DNA of 64,000 bases from Candidatus Poribacteria bacterium (GTDB lineage Bacteria; Poribacteria; WGA-4E; GCA-2687025): contig OY762492.1 in assembly GCA_963665845.2 (NCBI GenBank), positions 1,312,001-1,376,000 on the forward strand, in the 5' to 3' direction. Both the position numbers and the translations under genes were made by a program. The first letter of the stretch is position 1. Every line of letters starts with the position of its first letter. The notes beneath the pieces are model-generated. The model was not told where the DNA came from. It did no database searches and saw only the letters and a list, made by a program, of their open reading frames with translations. Positions 9,063 through 17,800 of the stretch are shown piece by piece.

Positions 9063-9884
9063 TCAATCGGCGTCAAAGTTTCCCTGCGCCTCCTTGAATT
9101 CGTCATACAGCTCTTCGATCATCTCGATGCGTTTTTCGGCGCTGATGCGGACGCGGAACTCAACGCGCCGCGACCGCCGCTTGTCTTCGCCCTTGCCGCT
9201 TATTTTAATCAGATTTCCGTTCCTGTCCAACCGCTTGCTGAACGACAAGCCGTTCGCGGTCATGCGGTCTTGGATCCATTCCAGGTTGTCTCTCACGACG
9301 CGCTTTGGAATCTGCAGAACATATTGGAGCGTTGAACGGGTGCGGTCTTGGGACAGCTGCATGTTGAAAAAATACGCCTCATCGGGCGAGGCGCTTTCGT
9401 TCCATTCGCTGGAGGTATGCCCCTCAATGCGTATCTCTTCGATGTCGCCCCGATACTTCTCCTGGGCGAGAATATGCACATAGCGCGGGAAAAAGTCGTC
9501 CAGTATCGCGCGAAAACCAGCCGGCAGACGCGAGCTGCCCTGCCGAAAAAGCATGCCGGGGTCCTGAAACCGAATCGAAAGCGTGTCGGGATCGATCTCG
9601 GCGTTCCACTTTTGGAGATCGTTTGTCCGCTCAAATTCTTGGCGCAGGTCTTGCAGCAGCTCCTTCTGAAGATTGCGGTAGGTTTCCGCCGCCTCCTGGA
9701 CGCTGTCGCGCTGGCGTTCGGCTGTTTTCCGCTGCCTGTCCGCCTCCGCTTTTTTCTGCGCCGCGTCGATCATAAAACTGATTGCAATGAACAGAAAAAC
9801 CGCCATCAGCACGGTCATCATATCGGAGATGGAGAGCCACTGTCCCTCGTTTTGATCGGGGTTTCGGCGGAAGAGATTGCGCAT
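9063..9884 (-). CDS. zorB: ZorB-like protein, copy 3
   Basis: GQWLSISDMMTVLMAVFLF, IRIEGHTS, LSQDRTRS, SRRVEFR. Start is ATG 9884 or TTG 9890. Confidence 0.88.
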   Translation of the reverse strand: MRNLFRRNPDQNEGQWLSISDMMTVLMAVFLFIAISFMIDAAQKKAEADRQRKTAERQRDSVQEAAETYRNLQKELLQDLRQEFERTNDLQKWNAEIDPDTLSIRFQDPGMLFRQGSSRLPAGFRAILDDFFPRYVHILAQEKYRGDIEEIRIEGHTSSEWNESASPDEAYFFNMQLSQDRTRSTLQYVLQIPKRVVRDNLEWIQDRMTANGLSFSKRLDRNGNLIKISGKGEDKRRSRRVEFRVRISAEKRIEMIEELYDEFKEAQGNFDAD

Positions 9885-9899
9885 CGTCAAGACATCCCC

Positions 9900-10718
9900 C
9901 TAGCGTCCGGCGGATACTGGATTCCTCGCCATGTGACCATGTCCAGGCTGCTTTCGGTGGCACCAATGGCACAAAGCCTTCAGGTTGGTGCGGTCGTTGT
10001 TCGCCTTATTTCCGTCGATGTGGTGAACATGCAGACGTTGTCTCTGTACTCGGAAATTAATTAGGCATTGTTCACATACCCACCCGACAGACTCCCGGTA
10101 TTGGAGCGATATTTCATGCCAATCTTCTGGATATACGTTGGCAGGGGCTGTTTCGTTATTGTGCAGCGGGAGCCATGTGGTCGGCGTTTCCCGATACATC
10201 TCAAAAAACTCATCCAGCCTGAAATTACGATAGATTTCGTCCCAATCCCGTCCGTATTGGCGATAGCCTTTATACCGCAGCTTAGCGAGGCAGTTTTTAC
10301 AGACATTCAAGCGGACATGTTCGGTTTGGACGCCGGCGTACCCGTTGTTAACATTGATCTGGAAGATGCCGTCTGTCCGATTTGAGACGACATATCGATG
10401 CCCTCTACCGCCCTTGATCATGCCACTGAGCGTTCCGCAGTGCGCGATGTGAAATTTCGGTCTTGATCCTAAGGAGCTGACATCGCGGATATAGATCAGC
10501 ACCCTCTCTCCATTGATCGCGAGAGTGCCGTCAGATCCTATGACGAGATCATCGGGGTTCACCTCCAGGCCTTCGCGAGACGCGAGCGTTTTACGAAGCT
10601 CGTTCGGGTCCAGGGATTTCCATCCGGCCCCGCCTCGTTCCTGCTCCACATATTCGGCGCCCATCGCGCGGCGCAGGAGATTCAGACGCGCATGTTCACG
10701 GAAATTGGGCAGCTTCAT
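9900..10718 (-). CDS. zorE: HNH endonuclease, Zorya type II effector ZorE-like
   Basis: PKFHIAHCGTL, RYVV..R.DG.F and VCKNCL motifs; C-terminal CEQC...LHVHHIDGNKANN...NLKALCHWCH HNH; lies downstream of zorAB. Confidence 0.85.
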   Translation of the reverse strand: MKLPNFREHARLNLLRRAMGAEYVEQERGGAGWKSLDPNELRKTLASREGLEVNPDDLVIGSDGTLAINGERVLIYIRDVSSLGSRPKFHIAHCGTLSGMIKGGRGHRYVVSNRTDGIFQINVNNGYAGVQTEHVRLNVCKNCLAKLRYKGYRQYGRDWDEIYRNFRLDEFFEMYRETPTTWLPLHNNETAPANVYPEDWHEISLQYRESVGWVCEQCLINFRVQRQRLHVHHIDGNKANNDRTNLKALCHWCHRKQPGHGHMARNPVSAGR

Positions 10719-11425
10719 TATGCAATTCCTCCCTCTTCGACAATGCGGGTGATGCGCTTCTCGGCGTTGATGGCGATTCGGAATTCAAGGCGGCGCGACC
10801 GCATTTTGTCCTCGTTTCCGTTTTTCAGCAAGCGCGGTTTGCTTGATGAAAGCCCGTTGGCGGTCAGTCGGCTTAGCATCCACTGCCGCTCTCTGGGTAT
10901 CGGCGTACGCGAGATGCCCAGGACAAATTCCAACGCGGCGCGGGCGCGGTTTTGGGTCAGCTCCATGTTGCGGATATACGCCTCTTCAGAGGTTGCAGTT
11001 TTGCTCCAGTCGCTGGATGTGTGCGCTTCAATGCGTATTTCTTTGATGGCGTCCCGATACTTTTCGCGGGCGAGTATCCGTATGTAACGCGGGAAGAAAT
11101 CGTCCAGGATCGCGCGCAGCGGCGTTTGAAGCTTTGAGGCTTCTGCTTGAAAGAGCATGTCGGGCGTTTGAAAACGCACCGAAAGGGCGACGGCGTCCAG
11201 CTCGGCTTGCCACTCGTCCAGATCGTTTCTGAATTCATCGTAGAGATCTTTGTACAGACCTGCCTGAAGACGTTGATGGCCAACGGCAATCGCCTTGAGT
11301 CCATCTCGAACGCTCTCCGCTCTCTTTCTTTGGGTACGCTCACGGATCAGCGAGCCGATGAGGACGATAAGGATTGCGACAGCAAAAACCCCCATGCTTT
11401 CAACCGGCATATTCTCAAAAGGCAT
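10718..11425 (-). CDS. Degenerate ZorB paralog (copy 2) lacking the W.S.SD ion-binding motif
   Basis: OmpA-like domain close to 11501-12253 (DDFFPRYIRILA, LTANGLSSSK, SRRLEFR), but the TM is GVFAVAILIVLIGSLI with no Asp, and EGHT is replaced by EAHT. Confidence 0.8.
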   Translation of the reverse strand: MPFENMPVESMGVFAVAILIVLIGSLIRERTQRKRAESVRDGLKAIAVGHQRLQAGLYKDLYDEFRNDLDEWQAELDAVALSVRFQTPDMLFQAEASKLQTPLRAILDDFFPRYIRILAREKYRDAIKEIRIEAHTSSDWSKTATSEEAYIRNMELTQNRARAALEFVLGISRTPIPRERQWMLSRLTANGLSSSKPRLLKNGNEDKMRSRRLEFRIAINAEKRITRIVEEGGIA

Positions 11426-11500
11426 ACGGCGCCTTTCTACGAGTTTCGGATGCCGGCAAGGAGCCGACTCCTGTAAAAGCGCGAGCCAGGTTTGAGCGCG

Positions 11501-12253
11501 TCATTCAACGATTCCTCCCTCTTGGATAATGCGGACGATCTGTTCCTCGGCGTTCGTACGGACGCGAAACTCAACGCGCCGAGACTGTATTTTATCTTCT
11601 TCGTCGCCATTTTTGAAGCGGAGCTTGCTGGACGAAAGCCCGTTGGCGGTCAAATGCTTCTTGACCCAATCCCGCTCTTTCGGCATCGGAGATTTCTGGA
11701 TATTTAAGACGTGCTTTAACACGGCGCGCGTCCGATCCTGGGACAGTTTCATGTTTAGAATATATGCCTTATCCTGCGAAACGGACACATTCCACTCGCT
11801 GGACGTATGCCCTTCAATGCGTATCTCTTCGATGTCGTCCCGATATTTTTCCTGATCGTCCAGGGCGAGAATTCGAATATAGCGCGGGAAGAAATCGTCC
11901 AGGATGCCTTCAAACCGCTCCTGAAGATCTGCTTTTCCTATCTCAAAAAGAACGTCCGGCGCACGAAAACGCACCGAGAGCGTCGGCTTGTCGATGGTGG
12001 CGTCCCACTCGTCTAGATTGTCTTTGAACTCATCAAGCAGATCGTTGTACAGATCGTTCTGAAGACGCTGGTAGGTGACGGCGATCTCTTTGATGCTGTC
12101 TCTTTCCACCTCGATTTTGTTCTTTTTCTCCTGCGCGTCCAGCATGAAACTGAGCGCGACAAACAGGAAAATCACCATGAGACCGGCCATCATGTCGGAG
12201 ATGGAGATCCATTGTCCCTCGTCCTGCTGTTCGGGAAGCTGCTGGTCATTCAT
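11501..12253 (-). CDS. zorB: ZorB (MotB/OmpA family), copy 1
   Basis: GQWISISDMMAGLMVIFLF, IRIEGHTSSEW, LSQDRTRAV, SRRVEFRV; directly follows zorA. Confidence 0.9.
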   Translation of the reverse strand: MNDQQLPEQQDEGQWISISDMMAGLMVIFLFVALSFMLDAQEKKNKIEVERDSIKEIAVTYQRLQNDLYNDLLDEFKDNLDEWDATIDKPTLSVRFRAPDVLFEIGKADLQERFEGILDDFFPRYIRILALDDQEKYRDDIEEIRIEGHTSSEWNVSVSQDKAYILNMKLSQDRTRAVLKHVLNIQKSPMPKERDWVKKHLTANGLSSSKLRFKNGDEEDKIQSRRVEFRVRTNAEEQIVRIIQEGGIVE

Positions 12254-12287
12254 CGTTCAAACCTTCCATTTTCATCGCTTGAGCGGT

Positions 12288-14741
12288 TCAAGATCGGCTC
12301 CGAGAAGTCGCCGACGATCTTGGCGGGGAGGGGTCCTCTAAACCTTCCGCTATCCGCACAACTCTGCGCAGTTGCTCCGTAAGCGGCGTGTAATCTTGAA
12401 CAAACCTTGTCGAAAGCGACACCAGCTGACTCGCAAGTGAATTGAGCGCTTTGGTAAGCTCTTCGCCGAGCGCATTGTCCAGCTCCTCCGTCTGCTTCGC
12501 CATGTTTTCGCCTGCCGTTCTGACGAATTCCGCTATATGGTTGCTCATCTGCGTTGCGGATTCTGTGACGCGCCGGTTCATGGCATTGTGAGCTTGCTCA
12601 ATCCGTTGGCTTGTGTTGTTGACGCTGAGCAGAGCTTCGGCGGCGGCGCTTGAGATGGATCCGCTAGCGTTCTGGACGCTTTCGCTCATCTCGGCTTGAA
12701 CTCTCTGAAATTCCGTTATCAGCTCCATCTGGCTTTTCATGTTTTCAAGCGCATCCGCGGCGGCGCTGACAAATCCATTGACAGCGGCTTTGATCTGTTC
12801 ATTGACAGTCTCTTGGGTTTGCGCGATTTGATACCGCTGGTTCGCCATACTTGCGAACGCGCTGTCCGCGGCGTTTTTGAATCCGTCCGCGGTCGCTTCG
12901 ATTTGTGCGTTCACGTTCGTTTGCGTCTGTTCGATCTGCGTTCGCTGGTTTTCCATGCTCGTCAGCGCCGTTTGAGTCGATTTCTCAAATCCAGCCGCTG
13001 TTTGCTCAATGCGGCTTTGCTGCGTTTTCAGACCCTCAACCGACGCTTCAGCGGCGTCCTTGAATCCATCCGCCGCTTCTTGTATCTGCGCATTCACACC
13101 CTGCTGAAACGACTGCATCTGATTTCTCTGCTGACTCATGCTGTCAAGCGACGCCGCAACCGATTGTTGAAAATCTGCCGCCGTTTGCTTTACTCCTGCA
13201 TTGACGGCATCTTGATTTTCTTTAATTCGTTCGCGCTGCTTGTCCATACTCTCAACCGACGCATCAACCGATTTTTTGAATTCGTCTGCGGCATTCGTCA
13301 CCCCCGAGTTGACGATCTCTTGATTCTTTTCAATCAGTTCGCGCTGACCATCCATGCTCGCCAATGACGCATCAACCGAATTCTTGAAGCCAGCCGCTGT
13401 CTCCTGTATCTGCGCGCCAACCTGCTTCTGGTTTTCCGCCATCAACGTCTGCTGTTCCTCCAGGCTCGTTTTCAGTTGGGCGTTCACCTGTTCCTGATTC
13501 TTTTCCAGCTGACCAGCTTGATTCTTGATACTTTCCAACGCGGCGCCGGCGGATTCCGTAAACCCGTTCGCCGTTTCCTGTATCTGCGCGCCGACCTGCT
13601 TCTGGTTTTCAGCCATCAATGTCTGCTGTTCCTCCAGGCTGGTTTTCAGTTGGGCGTTCACCTGCGCCTGATTCTTTTCCAGCTGGTCAGCTTGATTCTC
13701 GATACTTTTCATTGCGGCGCCGGCGGATTCCGTAAATCCATTCGCCGTTGTCGTCAGCCCGCTTGTGATCTGCTCAATGTTCTGCTGTATCGATGGGAAG
13801 GCGCTTTCCGCCCGTTCGCCGAGATTCGCCAGCGCCGCAAGATGCGCGTTCATCGCCTCGTTGCGCGCGCTTAGATCGCCCAGCGCCTCGTCTAGCCGGT
13901 CGGCGACGCCCGCAAACGTCTCGCTCCGCTCAACGACGACTCCCATCGACTCCTTACAGCTCTCCAGCGCCTCCATCGACTGCCGCAGCTGCCCGACCAT
14001 CGCCTCCACCTGCTCCTTGTAGTTTTCCTGCCAAGTGAGCAGCTGCCCGACCGCTTCATTGAGCTGCTTGAAGTTGTCGCCGAACTGCTCATTGATTTTG
14101 GCGTTGAAATCGCGCATCACCTCCTCCAGCGCCTCAATGAGCGCCTTGGAGTTGTTCTCCGCCATCGATTCGGCAAACTCCCGAAATTCCTTGATGAGAT
14201 CGTCCTGCTTGTCGGAAAAGGTTGTGCGCATCTTCTGCATCTGCGTCAACAGGGTTGTGTCGCCTTCACCGGTCAGGGCGCGCTCCACCGCCCCGATCTT
14301 GTTTAAAAGCGTCGACTCGCCCTCTCCCGTGACCGCATTCGCGACCGCCGCCGTGTTTTCGTTGATTTCCTGAAAGCCGTTCTTCAGTAGATCGGCAAGC
14401 GTGTCAAGCGTGGCGCCTTCCGTCGCCTGTCCCTCTGTCTTGCCCCGCCCCGAGATCTTGCCCAGAAAGAATCCTCTCAGTACGACTGCAGTAAGAATTC
14501 CAGCTACGGAGGTGATGAACGCAGTACTGAGACCCTCCAGCAGACCAGGTATGCTGCCGTTGATGTCCGCTACGTCGAATCCCCGTAGCCCGTACAGGAT
14601 TCCTCCGAAGGTTCCGAGAATGCCTAAGACCGTCGCAAAGTTGGGAATGGACGCTCTGTGAGGATTCCCCCGCAGCCGAATCGCAAGGATGATTGAAACA
14701 ACGATGATGAACGCGCTATACGCCAGCGCTAAGTTCAGCAT
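12288..14741 (-). CDS. zorA: ZorA with very long repetitive helical tail, copy 1, 817 aa
   Basis: Three TMs (LGILGTFGGI, GLSTAFITSVAG), DFNAKINEQFGDNFKQLN..V..L..WQ motif and a ~700 aa Gln/Ala-rich tail. Confidence 0.9.
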   Translation of the reverse strand: MLNLALAYSAFIIVVSIILAIRLRGNPHRASIPNFATVLGILGTFGGILYGLRGFDVADINGSIPGLLEGLSTAFITSVAGILTAVVLRGFFLGKISGRGKTEGQATEGATLDTLADLLKNGFQEINENTAAVANAVTGEGESTLLNKIGAVERALTGEGDTTLLTQMQKMRTTFSDKQDDLIKEFREFAESMAENNSKALIEALEEVMRDFNAKINEQFGDNFKQLNEAVGQLLTWQENYKEQVEAMVGQLRQSMEALESCKESMGVVVERSETFAGVADRLDEALGDLSARNEAMNAHLAALANLGERAESAFPSIQQNIEQITSGLTTTANGFTESAGAAMKSIENQADQLEKNQAQVNAQLKTSLEEQQTLMAENQKQVGAQIQETANGFTESAGAALESIKNQAGQLEKNQEQVNAQLKTSLEEQQTLMAENQKQVGAQIQETAAGFKNSVDASLASMDGQRELIEKNQEIVNSGVTNAADEFKKSVDASVESMDKQRERIKENQDAVNAGVKQTAADFQQSVAASLDSMSQQRNQMQSFQQGVNAQIQEAADGFKDAAEASVEGLKTQQSRIEQTAAGFEKSTQTALTSMENQRTQIEQTQTNVNAQIEATADGFKNAADSAFASMANQRYQIAQTQETVNEQIKAAVNGFVSAAADALENMKSQMELITEFQRVQAEMSESVQNASGSISSAAAEALLSVNNTSQRIEQAHNAMNRRVTESATQMSNHIAEFVRTAGENMAKQTEELDNALGEELTKALNSLASQLVSLSTRFVQDYTPLTEQLRRVVRIAEGLEDPSPPRSSATSRSRS
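13403..13749. repeat. 174-bp (58 aa) near-perfect tandem repeat inside zorA
   Basis: CCTGTATCTGCGCGCC at 13403 and 13577; peptide TANGFTESAGAA...NAQLKTSLEEQQTLMAENQKQVGAQIQE occurs twice. Confidence 0.95.
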
Positions 14742-14774
14742 TGAAATCTTCTCCGAATGTAAGGTTAAGTTTAA

Positions 14775-14803
14775 AGTTTAGCGTTAAACGCTGTCGGCGT
14801 CAA
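14775..14803 (-). promoter_or_regulatory. sigma70 promoter of the Zorya operon with a palindromic candidate operator
   Basis: TTGACG-17 bp-TAAACT; palindrome AGCGTT-A-AACGCT at 14780-14792; GGAG RBS at 14751-14754. Confidence 0.7.
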
Positions 14804-14857
14804 GGGTAACGGGCTGATGTTGACGCAATGCGAACGCGGACGGTTTCCGCGCAGGAA

Positions 14858-17800
14858 TTACGAGGCGGGGGAGCGCGGCGCCTTCAAAACGACCCCCCAT
14901 TCGCCCAAAGCCCAGACCGCCGCGCCGTCTTCCGACACGGCTAAAAAGCGCAGGGCGTATTGGACAGGGGAGCGCAGTTTCTGCCATGTCTCTCCGCCGT
15001 CCGTTGTATGGAGAATGACGCCGTCGTTTCCGACCGCATACGCCTCCTTCTCCGACAGCGCCTCAACCCAGTTCAAGTCGCTTGAGAGACCGCTCTTCTG
15101 CTTTGTCCATGCGGCGCCGATGTCTTCCGTCCGCAGAATGATTCCGTATTGCCCGACCGCCCATCCGACGCGGGGCGACGCGGCGCAAACGCTGTTCAAG
15201 GAGTATGCCGTGCCGCTCTCCTGGTCTCGCCAGCGCGTTCCGCCGGAGGAGCTGTGCAGCATGATGCCGCGCGAACCCGCGATCCATCCGTAGCCGAACC
15301 GGTCGAGGTGAACGGAGCGCAGGTCGTATCCTTCGCCTTTCATCTGCCGTTCCCATTCGGGTCCGCCGTCTGGGTTATGGACGATGACGCCGCCCTGTCC
15401 GACCGCCCAGGTTTCGCCGAAGCCGGACATGAACCCGCCGTTGAGTCGGACGCGCCCCTGCAGCGGCTCCGATTCCAGCGGCGTCCATCCGAAGCCGTCT
15501 TCGGTGAAGAGATGCGACCCGGCGGCGTCCAACGCCCATCCGAAACCGCGCCCTTTGCTTGCCCAGTGCATGGCGATGATGCTGGGTCCGCCGCTTTTCT
15601 GCTCTGTCCATGTTTGTCCGCCGTCTGCCGTGTGGATAATCAGCCCGTCTTCGCCTGCCGCCCATCCTTCGTCTGTCGACAGAAACCGACCCGCGCCGAG
15701 AGCCTGCGGCGAGCTTTCAACGAGCGTATCCCATGACGCGCCGCCGTCCGTCGTTTTATAGAGCCGCCCGCCTTCTGCCGCCCAGCCTTGCGAGGGCGAC
15801 AGAAAATAGGTCGACGCAAAACGCTCCGTCCCGGCGGGCGACCAGCTCTGCCCTCCGTTCAGCGTGAAATAGGCGCGCCCCTGACGCTGCGCCGCCCATG
15901 CGGTCTGTTCATCCAAGACGCGCGCCTTCTGCATGCCGAGCAGGCGGCGCCTTCCTCCCGACTCCCAGGTCTCTCCGTCCCTTGTGATGAGCGTCTCTCC
16001 GCTGGATGAGATCGTCATTCCGTTCGTTGGGGTAAAGAAGAGTATTGCCGCCGGCGTCTGCGCAGGTTTTGCCTGTATCGCCCAGGTTTCGCCGCCGTCG
16101 CGCGTGTGGAGAATGAAGCCGCCTTCGCCTCTCTGCGGGGCGACCGCCCATCCATGCGTCGGCGAGACGAAAAAGAGCGTTCGGACCGCCGCGTTCGTCG
16201 CCGCGGTGTCCTTATGGAGCCATGTTTGTCCGCCGTCGTTGGTGCGCAGGATCGTCCCATGCCCTGCGCTGATCCAGGCATGCCGCGCGTCTAAAACGAA
16301 CAGGTCGGTGAAACGCTGGCGCGCCGAGGAGTTTTGATATTCCCATGTTTCGCCGCCGTCTTTGGTGGCGAGTATCGTTCCTTCGCCGCCGATCGCCCAG
16401 CCATGCATATCGTCCGCGAAGGCGACGCGGGTCAAGCGGTTCTGGACGCCCGATTCGCGCGGCTCCCAGGTCTTTCCGCCGTCGTTCGTCAAGGCGATCA
16501 TGCCGTTCAAGCCGACGGCGGCGCCGCGCGTCTCGTTGGCAAAGGCGACGTCCAGAAACTGGGTCGGCCATGCGCTGACGCGGACAACCTCCCAGCCCGC
16601 CTCCAGTTCGGGTACGCGCGGCGGCTCTTCGACGGTTGGGCGCGTCTGCGCGATCACATCGTCCAGCGTCCCCTGGTCAGGTTTGATGTCGGGCGTGTAG
16701 CGGATGACGATTCCGCCCTGTCCGACCGCGACGACGCCTTGGGAGGAGACGGCAAAATCGAGCAGATCGTTCTCGGAGCCGCTTTCGTTTTGAATCCATA
16801 TTTCGCCGCCGTTGACGGTGGTCAGAAGCATGCCGTCGTCCCCGATCGCCATCCCCCAATACTCGTTCAGGAAGAAGACGCGGTTTAGGTTCGTGAGCGT
16901 TCCGCTGGCTTGAAACGCCCATGTGTCGCCGCCGTCTTTAGTGTGCAGTATTTCGCCTTCCTGCCCGACGATCCATCCGACATTTTGGTTCACAAAATGC
17001 AAGCCGTAGAGTTCGTTGAAGGTGCCGCTGTCCTGCCGTTCCCAGGTCAGCCCGCCGTCCTGTGTGCGGTAGACGATGCCCGGCCATCCGACGATCCAGC
17101 CATGGTTTTGGTCAAGAAAGAAAACAGCGGTGAGCGTTTGAAACTCGAACGGCTTCTGGTTCGCCCAGTTGCGCCCGCCGTCCTTGGTGTAGATGATGGT
17201 GCCGAGATCGCCGACCGCCCAGCCGCGGTTCGCGTCTAAAAAGAAAACGCCGTTCAGTTGGAACCCCATGCCGCCTGTTTGGTAACGCCATGTTTTTCCG
17301 CCGTCTACGGTGTTCATGACGATGCCGCGTTCGCCGACCGCCCAGCCGCGCAGTTCGTCGATGAAGGCGACGCTTTTGAGCGTGTCGACCTGCCCCGTTT
17401 TCTGTTCCACCCATGTTTTTCCGCCGTCTTCGGAAGTGAGCAGCGTCCCGCCCGTTCCGACGGCGATGGCGCGTTCGTCCGACACAAATTCAACCGATTC
17501 AAGATGGTGCGCCATGACGGCTCCGCTGACCGTGTTCCAGGTTTTCCCGCCGTCTTCAGAGTGGAGAATGACGCCGTACCATCCGCATGCCCATGCTTCG
17601 TTTTTGGAGACGAATTGAATGTCGGTCAGGTTTGTTTGATAGCCGCTGTTGCGGAGCGTCCATGTGTCGCCGCCGTCGTCGGTTTGGGAGATATGTCCGC
17701 CGTTTGCGACGGCGGCGCCGTTTCGGTCGTCCCAGAAGTCGATGCCGTTGACCGAGAAGCGCACATGGTCGGTGAACGGGATTCGGCTGTCTTGGCGTTC

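Noticed and set aside
4798-14741. Flagellar motAB or exbBD/tolQR cluster
   Set aside because: Long cytoplasmic tails, the ZorB-type W.S.SD.M motif and the adjacent ZorE-like HNH fit Zorya; no flagellar or TonB genes are nearby.
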